The notes under the pieces: model-generated | Database searches by the model: none | Seen by the model: only the letters and a program-made list of their open reading frames with translations | Told to the model about the DNA's origin: nothing | In this document: positions 26,129 through 38,765 of the stretch, piece by piece | Numbering within the stretch: the first letter of the stretch is position 1 | Layout: each line of letters starts with the position of its first letter | Position numbers and translations under genes: made by a program | Assembly: GCF_963921235.1 (NCBI RefSeq) | Contig: NC_086097.1 | Span: 143,098,001-143,162,000, forward strand | Source of the DNA: Mobula hypostoma | Taxonomy: Eukaryota | DNA: 64,000 bases | Reading direction: 5' to 3'

Positions 26129-27029
26129 TTAATTTGGCGTAGCATCGTGGGCTGAAGGACTTGTTCCTGTGTTGTACTGTTCCATGTTCAAAAACTGGTT
26201 GCTTATATCGATTGCAAAAGATCTAAAATGCAGAATATGACTAATTTAAGATGTGACAGTAGGCGTACATATTTGTGAGCAATAAATAATTTTAGATCCA
26301 AATTCCTAGATGTTCAATTGGATAACTTTATTATTGTAACATGAAGATTTTTATAATTGTTTCTCCCTGTTTCTGGGTTTTAATTCAGCATAGAAATTTG
26401 ATTGGCACCGGTAGACATGACTAATCTTTACACCTTTGATACAATTTCCACATCAGGTTTGCTTTGGCCAATAGCATTTCCTTTTGCAATGCTTGTGGGG
26501 CAGATTGTTCCAGAGGCCACCATCATAAAGCCTTCGAGAATCAACCTAATCTCCTCACTGTGGAGTTGTAGGAGGAATGCAATGAGGCAGGACACTTGTA
26601 CTGTGTCCTCCTGGCTTCCCCAACTCCTCTTTCCAACACTTTAAAAAGCCCTCACCTCACTGCCAAATCTTGCTTCTGACACCTCGAGGAAAGGTCCTAA
26701 CACACCTGATCACCCCAATCTCTCAACTGCCTTGACCAGCAACAACATAAACCCCCAAAGTCTCTCTCCTTTCCCCACTTCTGTCCATCTATCATTGCAG
26801 CTCCCACGTCCCAATGTCTCCCACCACAGGCCTCGAATGTCTCCACCATCTTCCAGCCCCACGTACTGCTTCTACGCCTCCAACTCCTGGCTTCAGCACA
26901 GGGTTTAAAACCAAACACTGACAAAAGCACCAAACTCACAGGTGAGCGTAACTACCCTTGACATCAAGGCAGCATTTGATCGAGTATAGCGTGTGCTGTG
27001 ACCTTCTTGCGCAAGTGCATGGTTCTATG

Positions 27030-27945
27030 ATGATTCAAGCTGGGTGGCAGTGTGAAATGTGAGGAGGATGTTATGAGAATGCAGGGTGACTTGAACAGAT
27101 TGGGTGAGTGGGCAGATGCATGGCAGATGCAGTTTAATGTGGATAAATGTGAGGTAAATGTGTGGCAAGAACAGGAAGGTAGATTACTATCTGAATGGTG
27201 TCAAGTTAGGAAAAGGGGAAATACAATGAGATCTAGGTGTCCTTGTTCATCAGTCACTGAAAGTAAGCATGCAGGTACAGCAGGCAGTGAAGAAAGCTAA
27301 TGGCATGCTGGCCTTCATAACAAGGGGAGTTGAGTATAGAAGCAAAGAGGTCCTTCTGCAGTTGTACAGGGCACTGGTGAGACCACACCTGGAGTATTGT
27401 GTACAGTTTTGGTCTCCAATTTTGAGGAAGGATATTCTAGCTATTGAGGGAGTGCAGCGTATGTTCACAAGGTTAATTCCCAGGATGGCAGGATGTCATA
27501 TGCTGAAAGATTGGAGCGACTGGACTTGTATACACTGGAATTTAGAAGGATGAGAGGGGATTTGATTGAAACATACAAGATTATTAAGGGATTGGACACG
27601 CTAGAGGCAGGAAACATGTTCCCGATGTTGGGGGAGTCCAGAACCAGAGGCCACAGTTTAAGAATAAGGGGTAGACCATTTAGAACGGAGTTGAGGAAAA
27701 ACTTTTTCACACAGAGGGTTGTGGTTCTGTGGAATGCTCTGCCTCAGAAGGCAATGCGGCCAATTCTCTGGATTCTTTCAAGAAAGAGTTAGATAGAGCT
27801 CTTAAAGATAGCGGAGTCAAGGGATATGGGGAGAAGGCAGGAAAAGGGTACTGATTGTGGATGATCAGCCATGATCACAGTGAATGGCGGTGCTGGCTCG
27901 AAGGGCCAAATGGCCTACTCCTGCACCTATTGTCTATTGTTTATT
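27030..27945 (+). mobile_element. CR1 LINE 3' fragment
   Basis: ORFs 27052..27300, 27269..27553 (LVRPHLEYCVQFWSP) and 27493..27792, with a (ctattgt) tail. Confidence 0.92.
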
Positions 27946-28069
27946 ATCTATTAATTGATTCTCATCCAGATGAAGGATCCAGACTCAAAATATTAATTGT
28001 CCATTTCCTTTCACTGGTGGTGAGTTCCTCCAGCAGCTTGTTTGTTGTTTCATATTCTAGCACCTTCAA

Positions 28070-29600
28070 TCTACTCTTGATCATCAGCAAAAGGATGGAA
28101 GGGAATAATAAGGTGCACTCACTCAGCAACAGCAGGCTTGCAGAAGCTCAGCTTGGGTTCACACAAAGACACTCTGCACACGACTCCAGTAGCCTCAGTC
28201 TAAACCAGAAGGAAAGAGCTTAATTCCAGAGATGAGGCAAGAGTAGCTGTCTTAACATTGAGACAGCACTTAATTGATTATGACATTATGGAGTCCTGGC
28301 TAAACTGGAGTCAATGGGAATGGGGAGAGGGGCTCCACTGCGGTGGAGTTGTCGCTAAGTCAAAACAAGATAGTTGTAGTGACTAGAGGGCAATAATCTC
28401 AGAAAGAAAGAGACAAAGATTAGCTTTATTTGTCACGTGTATATCGAAACATAGGGTGAAATGCATTGTTTGCGTCAAATCAAATAAGCAAGGATTATGC
28501 TGAGCAGCCAGCAAGTGTCGTCATGATTTCAGCCCCCCAACATAGAGTGGCCAGAATTCATGAACCCCAATCACAGGCCTTTGGAATGTGGGAGGAAACT
28601 GGAGCACCTGGAGGAAACCCGTGCAGTAATGGGAAGAATGTACTAACTTCTTGGTGCTATAAAGCATTGTGCTAAGTGTTGCACTACAGTGCTGCCCCGT
28701 AGGACATCGCTGCAGGAGGCCCTGCCACCTTCATGACGGCACCATGTTCAGAACCATTTGTGACTCCTAGATAATGTAACGATCCACAATCCAATGCAAC
28801 AAGATATGGCCAATATCCTGACCTGGGCCAAAGTGTGACAAGTAACACAGTGATGATATCCAGCAACAGAAAAACCTGCCATAACCCCCTAAACTTCAAT
28901 ATCTATACCATCACTGTCGATATGCTGGGTTTTACCATTGACCAGAAACTGAACTGGAGAAGCCATATGGCTAAGAGATTAGGCTTTGCTTTACAGAAAA
29001 CCAATCAATTGTACTGTGGATTTGGCACAAAACACTCAGATATATCATTTAATGCCAACTGCAAAGAATCTACTCAGAGTTAAGAAAGTTAAACAAAACA
29101 TTGAGGAAAACACTTGTATTCATGCTGCATACCTTAAATTTTGAAAAATCTCACACAAACTAGAACATAGGAACATATCTGGACAAGTAACTTACCTCAT
29201 ACCTTTCCAAACCCTGTCTACCACCTACAAGACTCAAGTCCAGAGTATGATAGAACACTCTCTGCCATCCCGATCAGTGCAACTTCAAGAACACGAGGAG
29301 GAGCTTGCTACCATATAGGACACCCCATCCACAACCACTTACTCATTCTCACATCGATGCACAGTGGCAGCATTTTTGTACCATCTATGACTGCTCATCA
29401 AGACTTCTTAGACAGCACCACCCAAACTCATGATCTCCACCAGCTAGGAGGACAAGGGTAGCAAATACACGGGAACACCACTGTCTGAATTTGCCCTCCA
29501 AACCATCCACCATGCTGACTTGGAAATACATAGAAATTCCTTCAATGACACCGAGTCAAAATCCTGGAAGTGTCTCTCCAACACCTCATCTCCAAAACCA
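28070..29600 (+). mobile_element. Ancient CR1/L2-superfamily LINE remnants, interrupted by a SINE
   Basis: Decayed RT blocks (AQLGF...HS, KELNSR.E, LAKLESMG, LGFTIDQKLNW, TYKTQV). Related remnants lie at ~26950-26990 and ~58135-58830. Confidence 0.5.
28415..28700 (-). mobile_element. tRNA-derived SINE with a non-CR1 tail (gtgacaaataaagctaatc)
   Basis: Core tttggaatgtgggaggaaactggagcacctggaggaaacc is shared with the other SINEs, but the 3' tail differs. Confidence 0.7.
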
Positions 29601-29616
29601 CAGTGGTCCAAGAAGG

Positions 29617-29905
29617 TAAAGATTAGGTTTATTCGTCACCATGTATATCAAAACATTGAGACATTTGCATCAATGGCCAACACATTGCAAGGATGTACTG
29701 GAGGCAGCCTGCAAGTGTCGTTGTTCTTCCAGCACCCACATGGCATGCCCACAACTAACGAACCCTCACCCATACAGGAGCAGATTGGAGATCCCAGGCG
29801 AAACCCGTGTACTAATGGGGAGAAAGTACAATCTTCCTACAGACAGCAGCAGGAATCAAATCCCAGTCACTGGCGTTGTAAAGTGTTACGCTCCGTGCCA
29901 CCCGC
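29617..29905 (-). mobile_element. Second SINE of the 28415-28700 type
   Basis: Shares aaagattag.tttatt.gtcac, gcagcc.gcaagtgtcg and aaacccgtg..taatggg. Confidence 0.65.
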
Positions 29906-31559
29906 CTTCCAGCAGGTAGTTCTCAAAGGCAAGTACTGATGGGCAATTAAATACTAGGCTGGCCTGGGGAGCCCAAATCTCTTCAATGAATGCTTTTTTA
30001 AAAGTTCAGAACAAAAGCAATCTATAAAGCTTGTGCTTTATGATCAAAATATTTTTGTTTCTACAATGGTTCATATATGAAACAAGCAGTCTGAGAAAAG
30101 AGTGGAATCAGATACAATTACTATGTTTAAAATGTGTTTAGACTGACATTTAAATAGGCAGAGGTATGGTCCTATTGCTGGCAAATAGAATTAATGAAGA
30201 TTGGCACAAAGGTCAGCATATGGTGGATGGGAGGGCTCATTTCTATGTAGTGCAACTCTATGGGACATCAGGTCAGCTGCAGAGGTTGGATCTATAATTT
30301 CTTGATCCCTGATGAAGCAAATCTAGTTGTTTACCACAAACATATTAACATTTCTGTCATGGTGTTGCATTGATGACAATGTTTTGTGGGTCAACTGTCA
30401 TGTTTTGTGGTGACCAAGACAGCAAATTAAGTGTTCAAATCAATTATACTCATTGACGAAAATGTGATGATTAGTAGTACAACAGCTTAGATACAGATAC
30501 AGTCCAATGTTCAGATGTGCCTATTTGCCTCTTCAAAGATTCTGAGGCAGTTATTGCCACTGCCACAAAGCAGAACCAATGGCTGGAAAGCACAGCTGGA
30601 CACTCTTCGCTGCATCTTCTGCCTAAAGAATGGAATTCGGTGGAGAGTCGCTCTCCACCAAAGAAGGTAAGTTCGCACAAACACTGTCCATGAGGTAGCT
30701 TTGACCAGCTTCCTAGCCTCTGAGTTCTATCTCCGACTGTTCTTTTCTGAGAGGGTGCCAGCAATGGATTTATCTGCAGGTCTTCAAAGAAGAGGTGGAG
30801 AAAACGTGTTTCAGGGAACTTTAATAACTATGTCACTGCAGGTGTGTTTACAAACACTTGCCAGCTGAGAAACACAGGTTGATTTGAATAGCACTGTGAA
30901 TAGCTGTGTAGATAGCACTTGATGCAGTTGCATAAGACAGTGGCTAGAAATTCCAGTGCAGCAAAGAGTGAACTCGTGCTTTGTTCTGCAGCAATGAGAC
31001 AATAATTGTTTCAACGGCATATTTTCGTTGATGAAAATGCACAACCCAGGTTTAGGGAATAGTGCTGGCTGAGCAGCAGGGGTCGGGAAAGTGGTGTTGA
31101 CCTGATTGGGGTCAAATTTGAAGTTGGGTAGGGATGGCATATAAAAATACTCAGCTGTGTGCTGTGGATCAGAGAGCGTCAGGGTGGGAGATGAGACATC
31201 CAGAATTATTGTTGGAAATCGGGAGGGGAGATGAAGGGAGATGAAATAAGTGAAGTTAGGTGTTCAGGTGCCCTGAGGTTCAGGACGTTGAAGGATGGGC
31301 AGAGGAGGGAGGAGACTCACCCCAGGAAACACGCAGACAAATTTCTGCATTGATGCAAAATTACTCCAATATCATGTTTAACAAAAGCAAATTGCAATTT
31401 TATAACAGTGGTGATGGGGGTGGGGAGAAAAAGTCTTCTTCTCTGTATTAGTCAAAAGCAAGACAATGGGGTTATGTCATTTAGCACATCAAACAAGGTT
31501 ACTAGTTGGAATGTTTGTGCACTCAGAGAGTTAGCCCTCACAGCTTTGAGTGTAAATGC

Positions 31560-32380
31560 ATTAAAATGACTTTATTCCTTACATCCTTCAGATACCTGAG
31601 GATAAAAACCTTTACCTTACGTCTCCCTCTAAATGTGCAATCGTAGTAATTTATAATAATTTATAATAAATAGAACAGTCAATGCAATGTAGAATACACT
31701 CAAATCAACATGAGTTAATCAGTCTGATGACAAGAAACTGTCCTGGAGCCTGTTGGTCAGCTTTTAAGGTGCGGTACCATTTCCCAGATGATATCAGCTG
31801 GAATAGATTGTGGTTGGGGTGACTCGGGTTCCCAATGATCCTACAGACCCTTTTTACACACCTGTCCTTGTAAATGTCCTGAATCATGGGAAGTTCACAA
31901 CTACAGATGTGCTGGGCTGTCCGCACCACTCTCTGCAGGATCCTATGATCAAGGGAGGTACAGTTCCCATACCAGGCAGTGATGCAGCCAGTCAGGATGC
32001 TCTCAGTTGTTCCCCTATAGAAAGTTCTTAGGATTTGGGGGCCCATACCAAACTTCCTTGACCGTCTGAGGTGAAAGAGGCGCTGTTGTGCCTTTTTCAC
32101 CACACAACTAGTGTGTACAAACCAAGTGCGGTCCTCGGTGACGTGGATGCCGAGGAACTTAAAGCTGTTTACCCTCTCAGCCCCAGATCCATTGATGTCA
32201 ATAGGGGTTAGCCCATCTCCATTCCTCCTGTAATCCACAACCAGCTCCTTTGTTTTTGCAACATTGAGGGAGAGGTTGTTTTCTTGATACCACTGCGTCA
32301 GAGGGATGACTTCTTCCCTGTAGGCCAACTCGTTATTGTTTGAGATAATGCCAATCAATGTAGTGTCGTTAGCAAATTTG
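31560..32380 (-). mobile_element. Rex1/Babar LINE 3' fragment, same family as 24043-25160
   Basis: ORF 31705..32358 is near-identical in protein to 24281..24799, and the 3' UTR is similar. Confidence 0.92.
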
Positions 32381-32661
32381 GGACTTCTGTTTGGGACTTC
32401 TATTGCCAGAAGTATTTAAGACCATCTGTGTGAGTTACTTTGTCCAGCAAAGGTAACTGGAAAACATATGCAGATTATGTCATCTCGTAGAAAATAGTAT
32501 AAATTTCAGAAACATTGGGGATTGCTATGAATGATGAGGAGACTGATAGAAAGATGAGATTACAGAAAGAAGTCCACCAGTATATTTGTAGGACAGCAGG
32601 ACTCATACATTAGGCTAAGCTGTCTGTTTAGGAGAATGAGGGATGATTCCATTGAAACATG

Positions 32662-33195
32662 CACTCAGTGGCCACTTTATTACGTACACCTGTACACTTG
32701 CTTGTTATTGAAAATATCTAATCAGCAAATCAATGCATAAAGCATGCTGATGTGGCTAACAGGTTCAGTTGTTGTTCAGACCAAACATCAGCATGAGGAA
32801 GAAATATGATCTTAATGACTTTGACTGTGGAATGGTTGGTGGTGTCAGATGGGGCGGTTAGAGTATCTCAGAAACTGCTGATCTCCTGGGATTTTCATGC
32901 ACAATAGTCTCTCGAGTTTACAGAGAATGGTGCAAAAAACAAAAAAAAAGGCACATCCATTGAGTGGCAGCTCTGTGGATGAAAATGCCTTGTTAATGAG
33001 AAAGGTCAGAGGAGAATGGCCAGACTGGTTCAAGCAGTCAGGAAGGTGACAGTAACTCAAATAACCATGCGTTACAACAGTGATGTACGGAAAAGCATCA
33101 CTGAATGCACAACACATTAAACCTTGAAGTGAATGGGCTACAGGAACAGAAGACCACAAACACACACTCAGTGGCCACTTTATCAGGTAAGGGAG
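32662..33195 (+). mobile_element. Tc1/mariner deletion derivative, same family as 13341-14100
   Basis: TIR cactcagtggccactttatta and remnants LSISETADLLGFS, RRMARLVQ. The TIR recurs in direct orientation at ~33165. Confidence 0.85.
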
Positions 33196-33444
33196 GTGAA
33201 CCTCTAGATATTTTTGCCCCAGATGCACAAATTGCTGAATATATTGAGGAAGGAGTTAAATAAATTCCTCAAAACAAAGAGCATTATAAAGTGAGGAGAG
33301 AGGACAAGAATACGCTGTTTTAGGCAGTTTTAAGACTCATTGCCAAAGCCCTATATAAATTGTGCAATGAACTTCAGAAATCTGCAGCTGAGGTGTAGGC
33401 AAGATGGACAAAATAGCAGGAAAATTATATTTTGTTATTTGTGG

Positions 33445-34334
33445 TGTGACGAGAATACACATAAATTAAGATGTTAGCTGGCCTGGGCTGGCACCAGTGG
33501 GATCAGCAGTTGGTCTGCCACCTGTCTTCAGGAGAAAGAGAGATAAGGAAAACAATGGAGCAGCATTTGGAGATGTTAATGAAGGGACGGGAGAGAGTAA
33601 CGGAAGGAGAGCTGTCAAGATCGGCTCCCCCTTTGAACCCTGAACTGTTTGAAGTGATGGACAGGCGATACCCCAGCAGGGGGATAAAAAGGGACAGGTT
33701 CGCTAAGGCAAGACACATGACACCCCGAGGTAACGAGACTCTGGAAGTGGTGCGTCTCCCACAAGTCAGTGGGAAGTTTTGGACGGCTGATCGCGGGATC
33801 AAGCCATAGACGCACAGGGTGGAAAGGCACGATTGGCGGGAACCTGGTGTGTGTCCACCCTTGCCTGGGTGCCAGGTTCACCGCAGAGAAATGATTGTAT
33901 TTGGAAACGGAGGGGGTCACGGTCGGTGACCTCAGATGACATCACAAAGGGCTCGCCCGAAAGCTGACTGCGAAGGTCTGTGTGGAAGCTGTTTGAATAT
34001 TCATTCATTTTGCTCTCTCCCTCCTTCCCCCCACTGTCCATCTCCCACGGCAGCGATTACTGCGAACTGAACTGAACTAAATTGAACTGAACTTTGCGTC
34101 ACTTTGGAACTGATCATTTACCCCTAGACAACAATAGAGCTTAATTGATCCTGTTATCTTAATTCTGTGTACATGTGTGTTTATTATTGCTGAACTGTTG
34201 CATTTATTATCCGTTTGATTAGAGTACTGTGTTGCTTGTTTCTTTAATAAAACTTTCTTAGTTCTAGTAATCCAGACTCCAACTGAGTGATCCATTTCTG
34301 CTGGTTTGGCAACCCAGTTGCGGGGTACGTAACA
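33445..34334 (+). mobile_element. Solo LTR (890 bp), young, probably Gypsy-type
   Basis: Inverted termini TGTGACG...CGTAACA and a 4-bp TSD GTGG on both sides. TATA-like gataaaaa lies near 33683 and AATAAA near 34246. CpGs are retained. Confidence 0.88.
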
Positions 34335-34529
34335 GTGGTTACTTTCAAATGCTACAGGCATATTCCTCTCTGGGGAAGGGAGGAGGCAGTTTGAACTTGA
34401 GCAATTTTTATTTTATGTTCTTTATTTAGCCATTAATTCTGTACAGCAATTTCACCAGAGCATTATTTTTCTAACTGACATCCCAGGGATATTTTGCTAC
34501 AATCCAGCAAAGTGATTTGTTTTGGTTCA

Positions 34530-37500
34530 CGGACTATTCAGCAGGTCAGGAAGGACCTGCATAGAGAGCAGCAGAATTAGCTTGGGCTGGAGAATTGAAG
34601 TGACAGGCTGCTGACAGCTCATGGACAAAACGGAGGAGTCCTGTGGAGGGAACCACATCCTGAGCACTTACCGCAGTACACTACATTGGAAGTCGTACAA
34701 GCGAATTGCTGGTTCACCTTGGTAGGAATGCTTGGATCTATGGATGATGGAAAGGGAAGAGGCATTGTGGCAGGTATTGCCTCTCCTATGATTGCAGGGA
34801 ATGGTGCTATGAAAGGGGGAGTGAATGTTAGTGGACATGGAAGAGTGAACCATGGAACTGCAATGGAAACAGTCCCACAAAAGGCTGACAAAAAGAGAGA
34901 AGGGGATTGTTTAGCAGTGACAGAAGTTATGGCTGGTAATGCATTGAATGTGGAAGTAGGCGAGTATGTAAGAAAAGAACAAAGGAAACTAAAAGAATGA
35001 AAAATTCCTTACAGTAAGCAGGTCGGAGATGTAGTGAAGGTAACTCGGAGACTGTGGGCTTGCCGTGGATATTGATTGCTAACCCTGACCCTGAGATGGA
35101 GCTACAGGAGTTGGGAAATGAAAGCACAATTGGACCATGCTGAAGTGAAAGCAGTGTTACAAATTTCCAAATGTGTTTTGTTTCTCCAATTTTGAGGTGG
35201 TCACATTTTGAAAACCAAATGCAACATATTAGATTGGGTGATCAGTTTGCAGAACGCCTGCATTCAGTCCACATCCAGTAACTCTAACCTTCTCGTTGCC
35301 TACAGTTATGTCCTGTAACTCTAAAACATTAGACTAATTGAAAGGAAAACAAAGGGAGCCGGGAGTAAACTTGTGTACATTCTTAGATTTTCTTTAAGCA
35401 AGCCATGCGCGTACCACGAGGTGGTGTAATGATGTATGCAATTCACTTATTTTTACGTATAACCCATAATTAATTATTTAAACAAAATGAGTTTACAGTA
35501 TTACTCAAATACTACTGAAATACTAAATACACAACATTTCCTCCCTGCTTAGCTATAAACTCCATCTCAATATAGAATGTATCTCAACTGTATACATCGT
35601 ATACTATACGATACAACTACTACACAGACATCCACAGCATAGTAAATTTTTAAATTATCTCATTCAGTCCTGAAGATTTAATCGCTTTGGGCCTTTCCTG
35701 ACAAGGGGGATCACTCTGCTTGGCAGGTGAGACTTGTGGCTGTGAAACATTCTCAGGTTTTGGGGCCTCCTCCATGGTGGTTGTAGGAGTTGACTCTGGA
35801 ACTGCAGGAAATGGTTCTGCTTTTCCCAGCCTTTCTCTTTGGATCTACTACAGTCCTTGCTTCTCTCTTGGTCCAGGCTTCTTCCTCTCTCCCTATCCCT
35901 TTCTTGATCTGTATCATGGTCTTGTTCATGTTCTTTCTCTCTACCTCTTCTTTCCTTTTCAACTTCTTGTCTTCCTTTTTCTTGTTTACTTTTCCTCCTT
36001 CATAGGATTTACGTCTTGATTTTGGAAAAGTGCATTTAGTTCACTGGAGTATTCTCCTATTAATCCTTCTATTGCTCCCTTTATAATCTGATCTGTCCTC
36101 TTGGTTTCTTCGTTTTCAATATCCTCTGTTTTCGTACCTCCATTGACTCCTATCTTTTTGGCCTTCCATTTATCCAGCTGGGCTGTGCTCTTTGTATCTA
36201 CTTTTACAAGCACTTTTTTGTCTCCCCCTTGAAGTTCACACAATAACCTTTAATCAAACTAAGATGATTCTGTTTTTTTTTTATACTCACAAAAGTCAAA
36301 TGCTTGCAACTTTCCTTAAACTCCCTGAACTCCCTTCCAGCTTAAAACCAAGCCACATTTTGCAAGTAATTACCTGATCAGCATATCAGAGGCTTTCTCA
36401 GATATATTGCCTACAAAATTGTTATTGTTGGACCACTGCTTTTATCTCTTTAATGATTCCTCTGTGTAGCATGATCCTTCATTGTTACAATATACTTTCC
36501 AACCAGAGGCACAGAGGATGGCACCAACACCTTTTCACCTTCTGTTGAGCCACGGTTCATGGTTACATCATGGAGACAGTTGTGGCATCACCTAGTGCCT
36601 TTCTTCATTCTCTTTCAGTTGACTTTTGCAGGAGATGTGGCACATAACTGGGGGATGAATCTCCAATCAAGCTGTAGTTATCTCAGTCAATCACATCCTC
36701 ACAATGATGGCCCTCCTGATTGTACCACATACAAGCTCAATGTGGCTTGTTGGTAATTGTATTTCACTTTTACCAATGGCATTCTCAAAGGAATTACCTT
36801 TTCTCCAGAATAAGTTTAGCTGGATATCTACACGCTTCAGTTTAGTATCTTTGAAATGCAGTTCTTGTGGAATGACTGAAACAACTGAGCCAGTGTCCAA
36901 TTCCATTTTAATTAATTTACTGTTCACTTCTTGTTTAAGCCATATTGATGTCTATTGTTAGGTTTCATATTGTAAATCTCAGGGTTTCCCAGTCCTGTGT
37001 CCCTCTCATCATTATTAGATTTTTCATCAACAGCATGCAGATTCAAAAAGAGCACTAATCTGCAAATTTAATTTTTAATCTTCATCTCTTCCAGGGCAGT
37101 CCATTTATTTTTGTTTGCCCAAGATACTCCTTGTATGTGTTCTTCTTTGGGGCATTTTCTGCAAGTTTCACCTTTAAATCTGCATTAGTCTGGTGTATGT
37201 GAGGCCCTACCACAATGGTTATACAATTTGTTCAGCCAAGGTGGTTTTGGTTTAGATGCTGCATTTTTGTTTATGTTCATTGCTGCAACTCAATTGCATC
37301 TCTGTCTGCTGTTTCCATTGATTCAGCTACTTTATCTACTCCTTAAAATGTAAGTTGTGCTTCAGTTAGAGCTGTATTTGAATGCTTTCCTGTAAGATTC
37401 CACAAACTAAACAATATCTTAGTGCATTATTAAGCTCATTACCAAACTCAGAATGCTCAGAAAACTTCTTCATTTCAGCTACGTACGCTGAAATAGACTC

Positions 37501-38765
37501 CCTATTTTGATTCCGCTTATGAAACCTAAAATATTCTGCAAACAGCAATGGTCTTCATTCTAAATGTTCTTGCATTACTATTACGATATTAGCAAAGCTC
37601 ATTTCAGTTAGTTTGGTTGGAGAAGTTAAATTTCTAAACAATCTGTATGCCTTTAAACCCAATGCACTCAGTAAAATTGGCACTTGCTTCTGATTGGCTA
37701 TTACATTTGCTTTCAAATACTGCTCAGTTAGCACAGTATACATGAGCCAGTATCCATTGAGCAATTAAACACATCAATCTTTCTGAAGTAGCTAGCCATT
37801 TGCTGGTTCTTTATGAACCTGTGAATTCTTCCATTTTCTGCTTTTGTTAAACTTAATCGGCCCAGTCTCCTTTTCTGGCGAGACCAGTGTTATGTTGTTT
37901 TTTTTTTAACTCAACTGTTTTGTTTTGTTTTCTGAAAAATCAAATGTCTCACTGTGCTTCAACAGGTAGGTAGTCATCTTAGGTTCATTTTAAAATACTT
38001 CATCACCAATTACATTTTGTAACTCGAAAGTATTAGACTAATTAAAAGGAAAATAAGGGAGCCAGGTGGTAACTCGTGTTTGTTCTTAAGTTTTACTTTA
38101 AGCAAGGTGCGCGTGTATCATGTGACAGCATAATGACGTTTGCAAGTCACTTATTTTTACATATGCTGTGATCCATAATGGCTTATTTAAACAAGAAAGC
38201 TTAATCAAATAATATATTTACAATATTCCTCAAATATTAAATACACACACCTACCACTTGAATTCACAAACCATTCCCACTCTGGTACTTCGGTCTGTGT
38301 CCTCCTGCACTGCACTGTTATAACAAACTCCAACATAACTCTGACAAACAACACCTCATCTTTCACCAGAGCACACTGAGTCAGCAGGATCCACTACTGA
38401 ATTTTCCAACCTTAGTTAGCTCACTTTTCCCGTATCAGAGCTGGCTATTTTTGTCAGAATTGTTTTCTCCTCCCACATTCATGTAATCTAGTCTGCTGGG
38501 CATGTCCTAGAGGATGGACTACACAAGATTGCACAGACTTCACAACATAAGCTACACATTGCAACGACAAGGGAACTTAACTGCCCCATCAGTTCACCTT
38601 TTCTGAGAAATGTCCTTTGTTACAGTAGTGGCTTCTTCACCTCTGCTGCCTACACTAGTTTCCTTCATTTACAGTTCTAATGAAAGGTTCTGACCTGAAA
38701 TATTAACTGCTGCTTTTTCCACAGAAGTAGTTTGATTCTCGAGTTTTTCCAGCATGTACTGTTTC
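34530..38765. mobile_element. Old Penelope-like element split by a Gypsy insertion (pieces ~34530-35303 and ~38250-38765)
   Basis: Minus-strand FACTTSNVVYCGKCSGCG. Plus-strand RLGDQFAE.L.SV continues after the Gypsy as HLNS...QHLIF...EFSNL. A pLTR lies at ~38670-38765. Confidence 0.65.
35304..38249 (-). mobile_element. Internally deleted Gypsy element with two LTRs (35304-35536 and ~38009-38249)
   Basis: 5-bp TSD CCTAC (35299-35303 and 38250-38254), LTR direct repeats, PBS-like tggtgatgaag and PPT aagcagggaggaaa. Gag (AEYFRFHKRNQ..ESISAYVAE) and protease (KMELDTGSVVSVI) remnants are present; the RT/RH/INT core is missing. Confidence 0.88.

Noticed and set aside
30465..30546. Possible C/D box snoRNA (GTGATGA...CTGA)
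   Set aside because: No terminal stem or recognisable guide sequence, and these motifs are common by chance.
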